Positions 18,880-28,574 of a stretch of DNA of 64,000 nt are shown one piece after another; position 1 is the stretch's first letter; each line of letters starts with the position of its first letter. Location: assembly GCA_963828165.1 (NCBI GenBank), contig CAWHDR010000002.1, forward strand, positions 22,658-86,657, given 5' to 3'. Origin of the DNA: an uncultured Chloroflexia bacterium. Its GTDB lineage: Bacteria; Chloroflexota; Limnocylindria; Limnocylindrales; CSP1-4. The position numbers and the translations under genes were made by a program. The notes beneath the pieces are model-generated. The model was not told the origin of the DNA. It saw only the letters and a program-made list of their open reading frames with translations, and ran no database searches.

Positions 18880-19835
18880 GCGCGACACCGGACGTCGCCC
18901 CGGGCCTGACCGTCGCGGCGCGTCGGACCCCTGGCCGAGGCGGCGGAGTCCTGCGCGCGTTCGAGCGCTGGGGGGTGCCGCTTTTCACGGGCGCGGCGAT
19001 CTTCTACCTGCTCATCCCGATCCTGGTCATGATCGCGTTCTCGTTCAACGACCCGCCCGGCCGGTTCAACTTCGTGTGGGGCGAATTCTCCCTCGCGGCC
19101 TGGGGGAACCCGTTCGGCCGACCACGGCTGGGCGACGCGCTGACGACGAGCCTCGTCGTCGCCTTCATCTCGACGATCGTGGCAACGGCACTCGGAACGC
19201 TCATCGGGCTGTCGCTGACGCGGTATCAGTTCCGCGGACGATCGGCCACGAACCTCTTCGTGTTCATCCCGATGGCGACCCCGGAGATCGTGCTCGGAGC
19301 GAGCCTGCTGACGATGTTCGTGGGCACGGCCACCGAGCCCTGGCGGACGTTGACCGGCGGCGCGTTGTTCCCGCTCGGGATCCAGACGATCCTGATCGCC
19401 CACATCATGTTCAACATCAGCTACGTGGTCGTCACCGTGCGTGCCCGGATGCAGGGGTTTCCGCGGCACCTCGAGGAAGCGGCGATGGACCTCGGGGCGA
19501 ACGGGTGGACGACCTTCTGGAAAGTGACGTTCCCGCTGATCCTGCCGGGCATCCTGGCCGCCGGATTGCTCGCATTCTCGCTGTCGATCGACGACTTCAT
19601 CATCACGCAGTTCACGTCAGGGACCGAGCAGACCTTCCCGGTCTGGGTCTGGGCCAGCATCCGCAACAACCTGCCGCCACAGATCCACGTGATCGGCACG
19701 ATGGTGTTCGTGGTGGCCGTCGGGCTCGTGGCGTTGAACACGATCCTCACCGGTCGTCGAGAGGCGCGCGACCGCCGGATCGCGCTGGAAGAGGCGGCCG
19801 GCGCCAGGAAGGCGCGACTGGCAATGCCCGAGTGA
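18876..19835 (+). CDS. potC: Polyamine ABC permease PotC
   Basis: GTGA coupling with potB; FSFN, PEIVLG, AHIMF, LEEAAMDLGA, SIDDF. Confidence 0.87.
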   Translation: MSATPDVAPGLTVAARRTPGRGGGVLRAFERWGVPLFTGAAIFYLLIPILVMIAFSFNDPPGRFNFVWGEFSLAAWGNPFGRPRLGDALTTSLVVAFISTIVATALGTLIGLSLTRYQFRGRSATNLFVFIPMATPEIVLGASLLTMFVGTATEPWRTLTGGALFPLGIQTILIAHIMFNISYVVVTVRARMQGFPRHLEEAAMDLGANGWTTFWKVTFPLILPGILAAGLLAFSLSIDDFIITQFTSGTEQTFPVWVWASIRNNLPPQIHVIGTMVFVVAVGLVALNTILTGRREARDRRIALEEAAGARKARLAMPE

Positions 19836-19880
19836 CCGAGTCGTCGCCACGCTCAGCGCCAGCCAGTTCGCTCGACCTCC

Positions 19881-20768
19881 TCAGTCCGAGGTAGGCACCG
19901 CAGACAACGCCCCCGGACGAAGTCGCTCCAGGATGGCGCCGTGCAGCCGGCCGTTCGACGCCAGGAACGTGCCCGAATCGATCGCGCGGCGACCCTCGAA
20001 GTCGGTGGCGCGACCGCCGGCCTCCTCGATGATCACCGTCGGTGCGGCCGCATCCCAGGACGACAGGCCGACCTCGACCACCCCCTCGGCGGCGCCCTCG
20101 GCGAGCAGCGCGTACCCCCAGAAGTCGCCGAAGCCCCGTTCCCGCCAGACGTCGCGGAGCAGGTCATCGAAGCCCGGCGCGAGTCCGGACCCGACGATGT
20201 CTCGCCCCGAGCCGTAGAGGATCTGCGCGTCGGCAAGGTCGGCGACACCCGAGACGGCGATCCGGCGTGCGGCCACCCCCCGGTTCCGCGCCCATGCTCC
20301 GCCGCCGCGGTGCGCCCACCAGCGCTCGTCGAGGGCTGGCGCCGACATCACGGCAGCCTGGAGGTCCCCATCACGCTCCACGGCGAGGAGCGTCCCGAAC
20401 AACGGCACCCCACGGATGTAGTTGTGTGTGCCGTCGATCGGGTCGATGTACCAGCGCACGGACGCATCGCCCGCCTCGGTGCCGTATTCCTCGCCGACGA
20501 GGCCGTGGTCAGGGAACGCGTCGGCCAGACGCTCGCGGATGCGGGCCTCGATCGCGGTGTCCGCCTGGGTAACGAACGTGTGGTCGGGCTTGGTCGTGAT
20601 CTGCAGGTCCCGGCGGAAATGCTGCCGGGCGATGTCGTCGGCCTCGTCGCACGCGGCGATCGCGACCTCGAGCCAGCCGCGGAGCTCGGCATCCGTGCCA
20701 CGCCGGAGCGAAGCGGACCACGCGGGTCCGAAGACGCCCTCGCCGGGCGCCACGTGCTGGTCAGTCAT
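19881..20768 (-). CDS. hisN: Inositol monophosphatase family, histidinol-phosphatase HisN-like
   Basis: KPDHTFVTQAD, GEE, WYIDPIDGTHNY, RGFGDFWGY, WDAAA. Confidence 0.8.
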   Translation of the reverse strand: MTDQHVAPGEGVFGPAWSASLRRGTDAELRGWLEVAIAACDEADDIARQHFRRDLQITTKPDHTFVTQADTAIEARIRERLADAFPDHGLVGEEYGTEAGDASVRWYIDPIDGTHNYIRGVPLFGTLLAVERDGDLQAAVMSAPALDERWWAHRGGGAWARNRGVAARRIAVSGVADLADAQILYGSGRDIVGSGLAPGFDDLLRDVWRERGFGDFWGYALLAEGAAEGVVEVGLSSWDAAAPTVIIEEAGGRATDFEGRRAIDSGTFLASNGRLHGAILERLRPGALSAVPTSD

Positions 20769-23219
20769 GCACGGATCCTCTCGTTCGTCGGGTCGTACAG
20801 GGGCTCGCGGACGACCTCGAAGCCCACCCACTCGCCGAAGAGCTCGATCTCCCCGCGCGTCCCGACGCCGCGGTCCGGCGGAAGGTACGCGTACGCGATC
20901 GAGCGCTCGACCGTGAAGCCGTACCCGCCGCTCGTCACCCGACCGACGACCTCGCCCTCCACGCGGACCGGTTCGTTGCCAAGGGCGACGGCGAGCGGGT
21001 GGTCGAGGACCAGGCATCGGAGGCGTTTAGCGGGACCCACCGCCTTGGCTGCGACCAGTGCATCGTGGGCCATGGCCGGGACCGATTTGTCGAGCGCCAC
21101 CGCGAACCCGAGCCCGGCGTCGAACGGGGTCTCGTCAGGCGTGATGTCGGACGACCAGACCCGGTAACCCTTCTCGAGCCGAAGTGCCTCGATCGCCCGG
21201 TAGCCGCCCGCGACCAGGCCATGGTCGTGACCCGCCTCCCAGAGGCTGGCCCACAGGACGCGGCCGTATTCGGTCGGCGCGTACAGCTCCCACCCGAGCT
21301 CGCCGACGTACGTGACCCGCACGGCGAGCACCGGCACGAAACCCACGGTGATCTCGCGCGCGGTGAGGTACGGGAAGCCGGCGTTCGAGACGTCGTCGCG
21401 CGTGACCGCCGAGAGGATGTCGCGCGCCCGCGGTCCCCACAGCCCGAAGCACACCCGGGCCGAGGTGATGTCGCGGACCTCAGCGGAACCATCGTCCGGC
21501 AGATTGCTGCGCAGCCACGCGGCGTCGTGGTTGCCGTAGGCGGTGCCCGTGACCAGCAGGAACCGCTCTGGGCCCAGGCGCGTGACGGTCAGGTCGGCCT
21601 GGATCCCGCCACGCCGATCGAGCAGTTGGGTGTACACCATCGAGCCGATCGCACGATCGACATCGTTCCCGGCCACACCCTGGAGGAAGGCGCAGGCACC
21701 CGGCCCCACGACCTCGAGTTTCGCAAACGACGTTTCATCGAACAGCGCGGCGGCTCGGCGCGTGGCGAGGGCTTCCGCTGCGATCGCGGGCGACCAATGT
21801 CGTCCCGCCCAGCCCCGCGGGTCGCAGGCGCTCCAGCGTGTCGCGCCCACCAAGGCGCGGGTCGTCGGCGTTGGGCTCGAACCAGTTGGGGCGCTCCCAA
21901 CCGGACTTCTCCCCAAAGACGGCCCCGAGGCCCTCCAGGACCTCGAACGTCGGCGACGTCCGCAGGGGACGCCCGGCCGTTCGCTCCTCGTTGGGGTAGT
22001 GGATGTCGTAGTAGGTCGCGTAGTTCTCGATCGATCGGGCCAGGGTGTACGCCCCCGACCGATACGCGGACCCGAATCGCCGGATGTCCATCTTCCAGAG
22101 GTCCAGCTCGGGTTCCCCTTCGACGATCCAGGTCGCCATCTGCCGCCCGATGCCACCCGCGCCGGCGATGCCGTGGGCCGAGAAGCCGGCGGCCACCCAG
22201 AAGCCCCGCACATCCGACTCACCGAGGATGAACTCGTTGTCCGGGGTGAAGGCCTCGGGTCCGTTGATCACGCGGCTGACCCGCGCATCCGCCATCGCTG
22301 GGACGCGCCGGATCGCCCCATCCATGATGGACTCGAAGCGCGGCATGTCCGGGGCGAGGAGCTTGCCGTTGAAGTCCGCTGGGATCCCGTCAAGTCCCCA
22401 GGGCGCCGGATCTCGCTCGTAGCCACCCATGCACAAGCCCCCGACCTCTTCGCGGAAATAGACGAGGTTGTCCGGGTCGCGGAGCTGGGGCAGGCCGGGA
22501 TGGACCCCGTCGATCGCTTCGGTGAACAGGTACTGGTGTGCGATCGGGATCAGGGGCACGGTCACGCCGACCATCCGACCGATGTCGGGCGCGAAGATGC
22601 CGCCGGCGTTGACGACGACCTCGGCCCGGATCTCCTCCCGCTCGCCCCGATGCTCGACCGTGACGCCCGTGATCCGGCCACGTTCGGCCCCGATGGCGAC
22701 GACCCTGGTGTGCGGCCGGATCGTGGCTCCGCGCTGGCGGGCGCCCGCTGCGAGCCCCTGGGCGAGGCCGCTCGGGTCCAGCCAACCGTCGGTCGGGAGA
22801 TGGACGGCGCCCAGCACGCCGTCAGTCGACATCAACGGGAACAGCGACCTGGCCTCCTCGGGGCCGATGAGATCGACTGGAAGCCCGAAGGTCTTGGCCC
22901 AACCCGCCTGCCGGCGCAGCTCCTCGAGGCGCTCGGGGCTGGACGCCAAACGAATGGACCCGACGTCGTGCCATGAGGGATCCACGCCCGTCTCGGCCGC
23001 GAGCCGGCGGTACAGCTCCGTGCCGTACATCATCATCCGGGTCAGCGTGGCCGAGCCGCGAAGCTGCCCGACGAGGCCGGCCGAATGGAACGTCGAGCCG
23101 CTTGTCAGCTCCGCCCGCTCCACGAGCACGATGTCGCGCCAGCCGAGCTCGGCAAGGTGATACGCGATCGAGGTGCCGCCCACCCCACCGCCGATGATCA
23201 CCGCCCGGGCGTGCTGCAT
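20765..23219 (-). CDS. GcvT-family FAD-dependent amine oxidase/dehydrogenase (dimethylglycine/sarcosine/4-methylaminobutanoate type; frameshift near 21820)
   Basis: GGGVGG FAD motif, GSTFHSAG, NGPEAFTPD, GWERPNWF; folate-binding domain RVTYVGELGWE, LRLEKGY. Two ORFs join at LERLRPRGWAG. Confidence 0.85.
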
Positions 23220-23352
23220 CGCTGCGTGCGTCTCCCCTTCCTGAGCGACACCGATGGGATCCGAGCGACGGACACGGGCATCCGACCCATCGACAGCCTA
23301 GCGGGGCGGACGTTCGTGCGTCGGACCCGGTCGTGGACCCAGTGCGGACCAC

Positions 23353-23919
23353 TCAGTCCTGATCGATGGCCCGCGCGTTCACGACGACCCCTGTCCAGAA
23401 CTCCACGGCCGCCCGTTCGTAGAGCAGCCCCATCCGCAACGTCTGGCCTCGCCAGTGTTCGATCGTCCGCTCGCCGGACCTACCAGGCTGGCGCTCGAGA
23501 CGTTCGTCCTCCTCGTACGCCGCCAGCTTCGCCTGATGGAGCGCCAGCTGTTGCTCGGCGACGCGCACGCGAGCGTCCACCGGAGCAAGGTCTGCGAAGA
23601 AGAGCTGCAGTAGACCCAGGTCGCGAAGCTCGGTGGTCGCGCCAGACGGCCGTTCGAGCCACGAGCTCAGCGCCGCACTCCCGGCGGGGGTGATGGCAAA
23701 GAGACGCCGGCGGCGGCCCAATTCTTCGCGGGTCTCCGTGGCCAATCCCATCGCCGCCAGTCGGGGCGGTTCGCTGTAGAGCAGCGTGTGTGGGAAGGAC
23801 CAAAAGTTTCCAAGGGTGGCCCGGACGTGCTGCTCCAGATCATAGGGCGTTGAGGGTCCCTCTCTGGCAAGGAGGCCCAGGACGAGATACGACGTGGGGG
23901 ACAGCCGTTCGGTTGACAT
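23353..23919 (-). CDS. PadR-family transcriptional regulator
   Basis: LGLLAREGPSTPYDL..FWSFPHTLLYSEPPRL..ITPAG. Confidence 0.88.
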   Translation of the reverse strand: MSTERLSPTSYLVLGLLAREGPSTPYDLEQHVRATLGNFWSFPHTLLYSEPPRLAAMGLATETREELGRRRRLFAITPAGSAALSSWLERPSGATTELRDLGLLQLFFADLAPVDARVRVAEQQLALHQAKLAAYEEDERLERQPGRSGERTIEHWRGQTLRMGLLYERAAVEFWTGVVVNARAIDQD

Positions 23920-23941
23920 ACTGCGTACCGTACCATACGCT
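23913..23941 (+). promoter_or_regulatory. Sigma70-type promoter for the M23 gene
   Basis: TTGACA-17 bp-TACGCT, overlapping the padR start. Confidence 0.55.
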
Positions 23942-24069
23942 TTGCATCATTCGCTTCGTAGGAACTTCGACCAGAAGCCGGGGAAATTCGGACCTGGTGA
24001 GCGCAACAAATGGCGCCCGATTTCTGGACACGAGCCTTTCGGCGCGGACCAAAGGAAGGGTGGTTCTCG

Positions 24070-24693
24070 ATGACCACACAGATCGAACATGCGACGGAGC
24101 GCATGCCCCGACGAGCAACGGCGACGCGACTGCGTCAACTCGGCAGTCTCGCCTTCGGCGTGATCCTGGCGACCGTCCTCGTGGCCGCTCCCGTATCAGC
24201 TCACACGGTGACCTGGAACGAGGCCACGTACACCACGCCAGTGACAAATCCGTGTCGTGGGGTGAGTTCATGGTATGGCCAGGGCGGCCACACCTGGGCA
24301 AGCGGTCAGTACTACGCGATCGATGTCGTCGTCCCGACCGGAACGCCGATCTATGCGCCCAAGGCCGGTTACGCCTGGTATCAGTGGAACACGGGCGGCG
24401 GCAACATGATCAATATCAAGCACACCGAGACCGGTGGCTCCTTGACGTCGGTACTCGCCCACCTGAGCTCCGTGCTGATCCGCACGGACGGCGTCACCCA
24501 GTGGGTCAACAAGAACCAGTTGATCGGATACTCCGGATCCTCCGGTCAGGTGACGGGCCCTCACCTGCATTGGCAGATGAACGTGTCCGACCATATGTCC
24601 GACAGCAATTACGGGGCAATCCTGAACGGCATCCCCGGAGTGATGGACAACTGGTCGCCACGAAAGATCTGTGGAACCGAGGGCGGCGTCTAG
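24070..24693 (+). CDS. Secreted M23-family metallopeptidase
   Basis: Signal peptide (APVSA), AID..PTGTPIYAP, GGGN, AHLS, IGYSGSSG..TGPHLH. Confidence 0.85.
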   Translation: MTTQIEHATERMPRRATATRLRQLGSLAFGVILATVLVAAPVSAHTVTWNEATYTTPVTNPCRGVSSWYGQGGHTWASGQYYAIDVVVPTGTPIYAPKAGYAWYQWNTGGGNMINIKHTETGGSLTSVLAHLSSVLIRTDGVTQWVNKNQLIGYSGSSGQVTGPHLHWQMNVSDHMSDSNYGAILNGIPGVMDNWSPRKICGTEGGV

Positions 24694-24713
24694 CACCCCC
24701 GACTCCCTGAACC

Positions 24714-24751
24714 TGAGGCCGGACCGCCGAGTGGCGGTCCGGCCTCATTTT
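24714..24751 (+). terminator. Intrinsic terminator
   Basis: 15-bp perfect stem TGAGGCCGGACCGCC/GGCGGTCCGGCCTCA followed by TTTT, between convergent genes. Confidence 0.8.
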
Positions 24752-24806
24752 CATGCGCAGCCTTCGTTGCGGACGGCCAGGGAACGACTCACCGACGAAC
24801 TGGCCG

Positions 24807-26279
24807 TCAACTGGCGGGGATCGCCTCGTCGAGGTTCGAGACGGCGGCTTTGAGCTCCTCCATCGCGCCGCCCTGGACCCGGTCGTCGATCTTGTCGATA
24901 TCGCCGCTCAGCCGGGCGGTCCGGTCCCGCGCCTGGCCGTAGTTGCCTGCCTCGAGCGCCCTCCTGATCTCGCCCGCGCGTTTCCGGAGCGTGTCGACGT
25001 CCTTCTTCCGGATCTCATCGTCGGCCGCGACGCCCTCGATCGCCGCGTCGACACGGTCGAGCCTGGTGAAGGCTTCTGCCGCCGGATCGGGCGGCGGTGT
25101 CGGTTCCGGGGTCCGTGTCGGCGCGGGGGTTGCCGACGGCGTCGCGACGGCCGACGGGCTCGCGCTGGTGGTCGCGGACGCGGTGGGCGTCGGGTCTGCG
25201 CCAGCCCCGCCGCGGTCGCCCAGGAGCGATGTCAGGCCCAGGAGCGCGACCAGGGCGAGCCCGATGACGCCGACGGCGAGCAGGCCGACCGGTGGGCCTG
25301 GGCGCTCGGCACGCGTGACACCTGGCGCATCTGCCGGCCACGCCGGGCGGATGTCGGTGACCGTTGCCTCGCTCGGGTCGCTCGGGTCGGCGGCCGCAGA
25401 CATGGCGGGGACGATCGCGGGTCCGGCACCCGGGCGCCCGCTGGCGCCAGACAGCGCCGCCGCCAATCCCTCGGCCAGTTCCACCGGCGCCGGTCGCGCC
25501 ATCGGGTCGGCCGTCAGTGCGGCGGCGATCGGCGCGTCGAACGCCGTGCCGAGCTCGGGGACGGTCGACGACACGGTTGGTGCCGGCTCGCCGTGCGATT
25601 GGACGAGCTCCGTTACCGCCGTGGCTGGCCTGGGAAGGTGTCCGGTCAATCCCTGGAACGCGACGACCCCGAGCGCGTAGACGTCACTCGCCGGCGTGGC
25701 GGGGTCTCCCCGCAGGAGCTCCGGGGCGATGTAGGCAAGCGTCCCGACCGTCGCCCCGCTCACGGTCAGCGAGGTCAGATGCGACGCTTGCTCGGAACGC
25801 GCCAGCCCGAAGTCCGCGAGTTGGGCGCGCTCATGGTCGAACAGGATGTTGTGCGGCTTGACGTCGCGATGGACGAACCCTCGAGCGTGCAGGTCCGCGA
25901 GCCCGGCCGCGACCGCGCCGATGACGTCGACGACCTCATCCGGCTCGAGGCGGCCGCGGGTGCGCAGTCGGTCCGCGAGCGACCCTCCGTCACACAGCTC
26001 CATGACGTAGAACGGCTCGCGGCCGGTGGTGGGGTCTCCCGCCTCCACGTCGAAAACCTTCACGACGCTCGGGTGGGACGTGGCGGCAAGCGCCAGGGCC
26101 TCGCGCTCGAAGCGCTGGGCCAGGATGGGATCCGCGGCCAGGTTCGGCAGGAGGACCTTGACCGCGACCTCGCGCTCGAGTCGGAGATCGGTAGCTCGAT
26201 AGACCGAGGCCATCCCGCCGACGCCGATCGGCGCCTCGATCCGGTAACGCTCGGCGAGTACGTCACCGATGATGGGCAT
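24807..26279 (-). CDS. Membrane Ser/Thr protein kinase (Hanks type)
   Basis: IGVGGMASVY, VAVKV, HRDVKPHNIL, DFGLA, APE; TM helix, Pro/Thr linker, helical C-domain. Confidence 0.93.
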   Translation of the reverse strand: MPIIGDVLAERYRIEAPIGVGGMASVYRATDLRLEREVAVKVLLPNLAADPILAQRFEREALALAATSHPSVVKVFDVEAGDPTTGREPFYVMELCDGGSLADRLRTRGRLEPDEVVDVIGAVAAGLADLHARGFVHRDVKPHNILFDHERAQLADFGLARSEQASHLTSLTVSGATVGTLAYIAPELLRGDPATPASDVYALGVVAFQGLTGHLPRPATAVTELVQSHGEPAPTVSSTVPELGTAFDAPIAAALTADPMARPAPVELAEGLAAALSGASGRPGAGPAIVPAMSAAADPSDPSEATVTDIRPAWPADAPGVTRAERPGPPVGLLAVGVIGLALVALLGLTSLLGDRGGAGADPTPTASATTSASPSAVATPSATPAPTRTPEPTPPPDPAAEAFTRLDRVDAAIEGVAADDEIRKKDVDTLRKRAGEIRRALEAGNYGQARDRTARLSGDIDKIDDRVQGGAMEELKAAVSNLDEAIPAS

Positions 26280-26357
26280 GCCCGGCAGCCTACTCGACGG
26301 CGTGCTTCGAGGCGCGCCACGCCGTCATGGACCGCCATCGTCTAGGCTGGCGCGCGC

Positions 26358-27506
26358 ATGTCCGACGAACCGAACGACGACCAGAACGCGCCGAGTCCGA
26401 CGGCGGATCCGACCGCCGACCCGATTCCGGTTCGGCCAGGGCAGATGCCGCCCGGACGTATCGGCGTCGCGGTCGATCAGGTCGCGCTGGTGGCACTCGT
26501 GTTCGTAGCCACGCTGCTGTTGCTCCTGGGCGCGACGCGACTCGTCGATCGTGGGACGGGGTCGCCCGGACCCATCTCCAGCGTCGCCGGGGCGATCGCG
26601 TCGGCCAGCCCCACGCCAGTAGCCAGCACCAGCCAGGCACCCGGTCCATCCAGTACGCCCGGTGTCGAGACGAACACGCCGAGCGACCCGCCACTCGCTT
26701 CCCCGACCGGCGATCCCGTGCTGGTCGGCGCCGGCGACATCGGACGGTGCGGTTCGGACGACGATGAGGCGACCGCGGCGCTGCTCGACGGGATCGCGGG
26801 CACCGTGTTCACAGCGGGCGACAACGCCTACGAGAGCGGCACGGCCGATCAGTTCCGCGATTGCTATGACACCAGCTGGGGTCGCCATCGCGCCCGAACC
26901 CGCCCGGCTCCCGGGAACCACGACTGGGAGACGACGGGGCTGGCTGGGTATTTCGGCTATTTCGGGGACGCGGCCAAGGGCCCGGGCGGGTCGTCGTGGT
27001 ATTCGTACGACCTCGGGAGCTGGCACGTCGTCGTCCTGGATTCGATGTGCGCGAAGGTCGGCGGATGCGACCCAGGATCGCCCCAGGGTGCCTGGCTGGC
27101 GGCCGATCTCGCGGCCAACCAGGCGGCATGTACGCTCGCGATCTTCCACATTCCGCGATTCACCTCGGGAGAGCATGGGGACACCCCGGCGATGGACGCC
27201 TTTTGGCGGCCGCTGTACGCCGCCGGGGTCGATGTGGTCGTCAACGGCCACGACCACGATTACGAGCGATTCGCTCCGCAGGACCCCGACGGTCGAATCG
27301 ATGGAAACCGGGGCATCCGCCAGTTCGTCGTCGGCACGGGCGGGGCGCCGCTGCGCGACTTCGCCCGCGTGGCGCCCAATAGTGAGTTGCGGGCGACCAT
27401 CGGCCACGGGGTGCTCGCCCTGACCCTGCGCGGCGACTCCTACGAGTGGGCCTTCATCGCGGCGGGGTCCGACTTCCGGGACCGCGGGACGACGCCCTGC
27501 CACTGA
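26358..27506 (+). CDS. Membrane-anchored calcineurin-like metallophosphoesterase
   Basis: GAGDIG, GDNAY, GNHD, GHDH; N-terminal TM plus S/T/P linker. Confidence 0.88.
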   Translation: MSDEPNDDQNAPSPTADPTADPIPVRPGQMPPGRIGVAVDQVALVALVFVATLLLLLGATRLVDRGTGSPGPISSVAGAIASASPTPVASTSQAPGPSSTPGVETNTPSDPPLASPTGDPVLVGAGDIGRCGSDDDEATAALLDGIAGTVFTAGDNAYESGTADQFRDCYDTSWGRHRARTRPAPGNHDWETTGLAGYFGYFGDAAKGPGGSSWYSYDLGSWHVVVLDSMCAKVGGCDPGSPQGAWLAADLAANQAACTLAIFHIPRFTSGEHGDTPAMDAFWRPLYAAGVDVVVNGHDHDYERFAPQDPDGRIDGNRGIRQFVVGTGGAPLRDFARVAPNSELRATIGHGVLALTLRGDSYEWAFIAAGSDFRDRGTTPCH

Positions 27507-27550
27507 CACCGGTCTCGTCCTCGACCGGGTAGGCGCCTGCAGGCTGAATG

Positions 27551-28489
27551 TCAGCCGGCGACGTCCTCGAGGGCGTGCTCGAACCGCGGGGTCGAGGCAT
27601 TCGAGCGCAGACGATCGAAATGCTCGCCCGCGTATGCGACGAAATCGACATCGAGCGTGCTGATCCCCTGTTGGAGCACGGCCCACATCGCCTCGCGAAA
27701 ATCCGACACCACGCGCATCAGCGTGAGGCGCGCCAGGTGGTCGACGCGGCCGATCTCGCCGTACTCCGCCAGCAGGTACGCATCCTCATCGGGCGTCAGC
27801 TCGTGGTTGATGCTGAAGTTGCCGAGATCGAAGAACGGGTCACCCATCCCGGCGTACTCCCAATCGACGATCCGGATGCGCTCGCCGTCGTCGATGAAGT
27901 TGGCGTTCAGGAGGTCGTTGTGGCACGGCCGCAGCTCGACCGGGTTGGCGAGGCAGGCCGCCTCGATCCGCCGGCCGATGAGCGACGAGACGTCGTACTC
28001 GGGTGGGATGCGGACGCCGCGCCCGGCAGCCAGCGCCCGGTACGCCTCGACGATCCGCAGCGGCACGAACAGCCCGGGGATCGGCGGCCCGTCGTGGATG
28101 CGCCGAAGCGACTGGGCAACCCGCGCCAGGGTCTCTCGCTGGTGGACCGCCGCGTCACTCACCGGTGATCCGTCGATGAAGCGCGTCACGAGGTAGCCCT
28201 CCGGCCGGATGAATGCCGTGACCTCCGGTCCGACGCCGACCCCGGCGGCCGCGACGGTCGCCGCGTGCTCCACCTCGCGGCTGATGCCGAGCAGGTGGGT
28301 GTCGTTGCCGGCAAGACGGATGACGTAGCGATCGTCATCACCGGGGATGGTGACGAGGAAGTTGCGGTTCGTGATGCCGCCGCTGAGGGTCGTCAGGACG
28401 AGCTCACGCCCGGCCAGCTCCGGCACCCGCTGCATCGCGGCGACGAGCTCGTCGCGCAGCTCGCCGACCAGCACCTCGTCGTCCGTCAT
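27551..28489 (-). CDS. Choline/ethanolamine kinase family phosphotransferase
   Basis: LSGGITNRN, CHNDLLNANF, IVDWEYAGMGDPFFDLGN. Confidence 0.88.
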   Translation of the reverse strand: MTDDEVLVGELRDELVAAMQRVPELAGRELVLTTLSGGITNRNFLVTIPGDDDRYVIRLAGNDTHLLGISREVEHAATVAAAGVGVGPEVTAFIRPEGYLVTRFIDGSPVSDAAVHQRETLARVAQSLRRIHDGPPIPGLFVPLRIVEAYRALAAGRGVRIPPEYDVSSLIGRRIEAACLANPVELRPCHNDLLNANFIDDGERIRIVDWEYAGMGDPFFDLGNFSINHELTPDEDAYLLAEYGEIGRVDHLARLTLMRVVSDFREAMWAVLQQGISTLDVDFVAYAGEHFDRLRSNASTPRFEHALEDVAG

Positions 28490-28574
28490 CGCGCCCACCC
28501 TATCCGAGGCGGGACGAGATGCGGCGCGACGATCGCTCGCCGCGCCGCATCGCCTCCTCCCGAGAACTTCGTGG

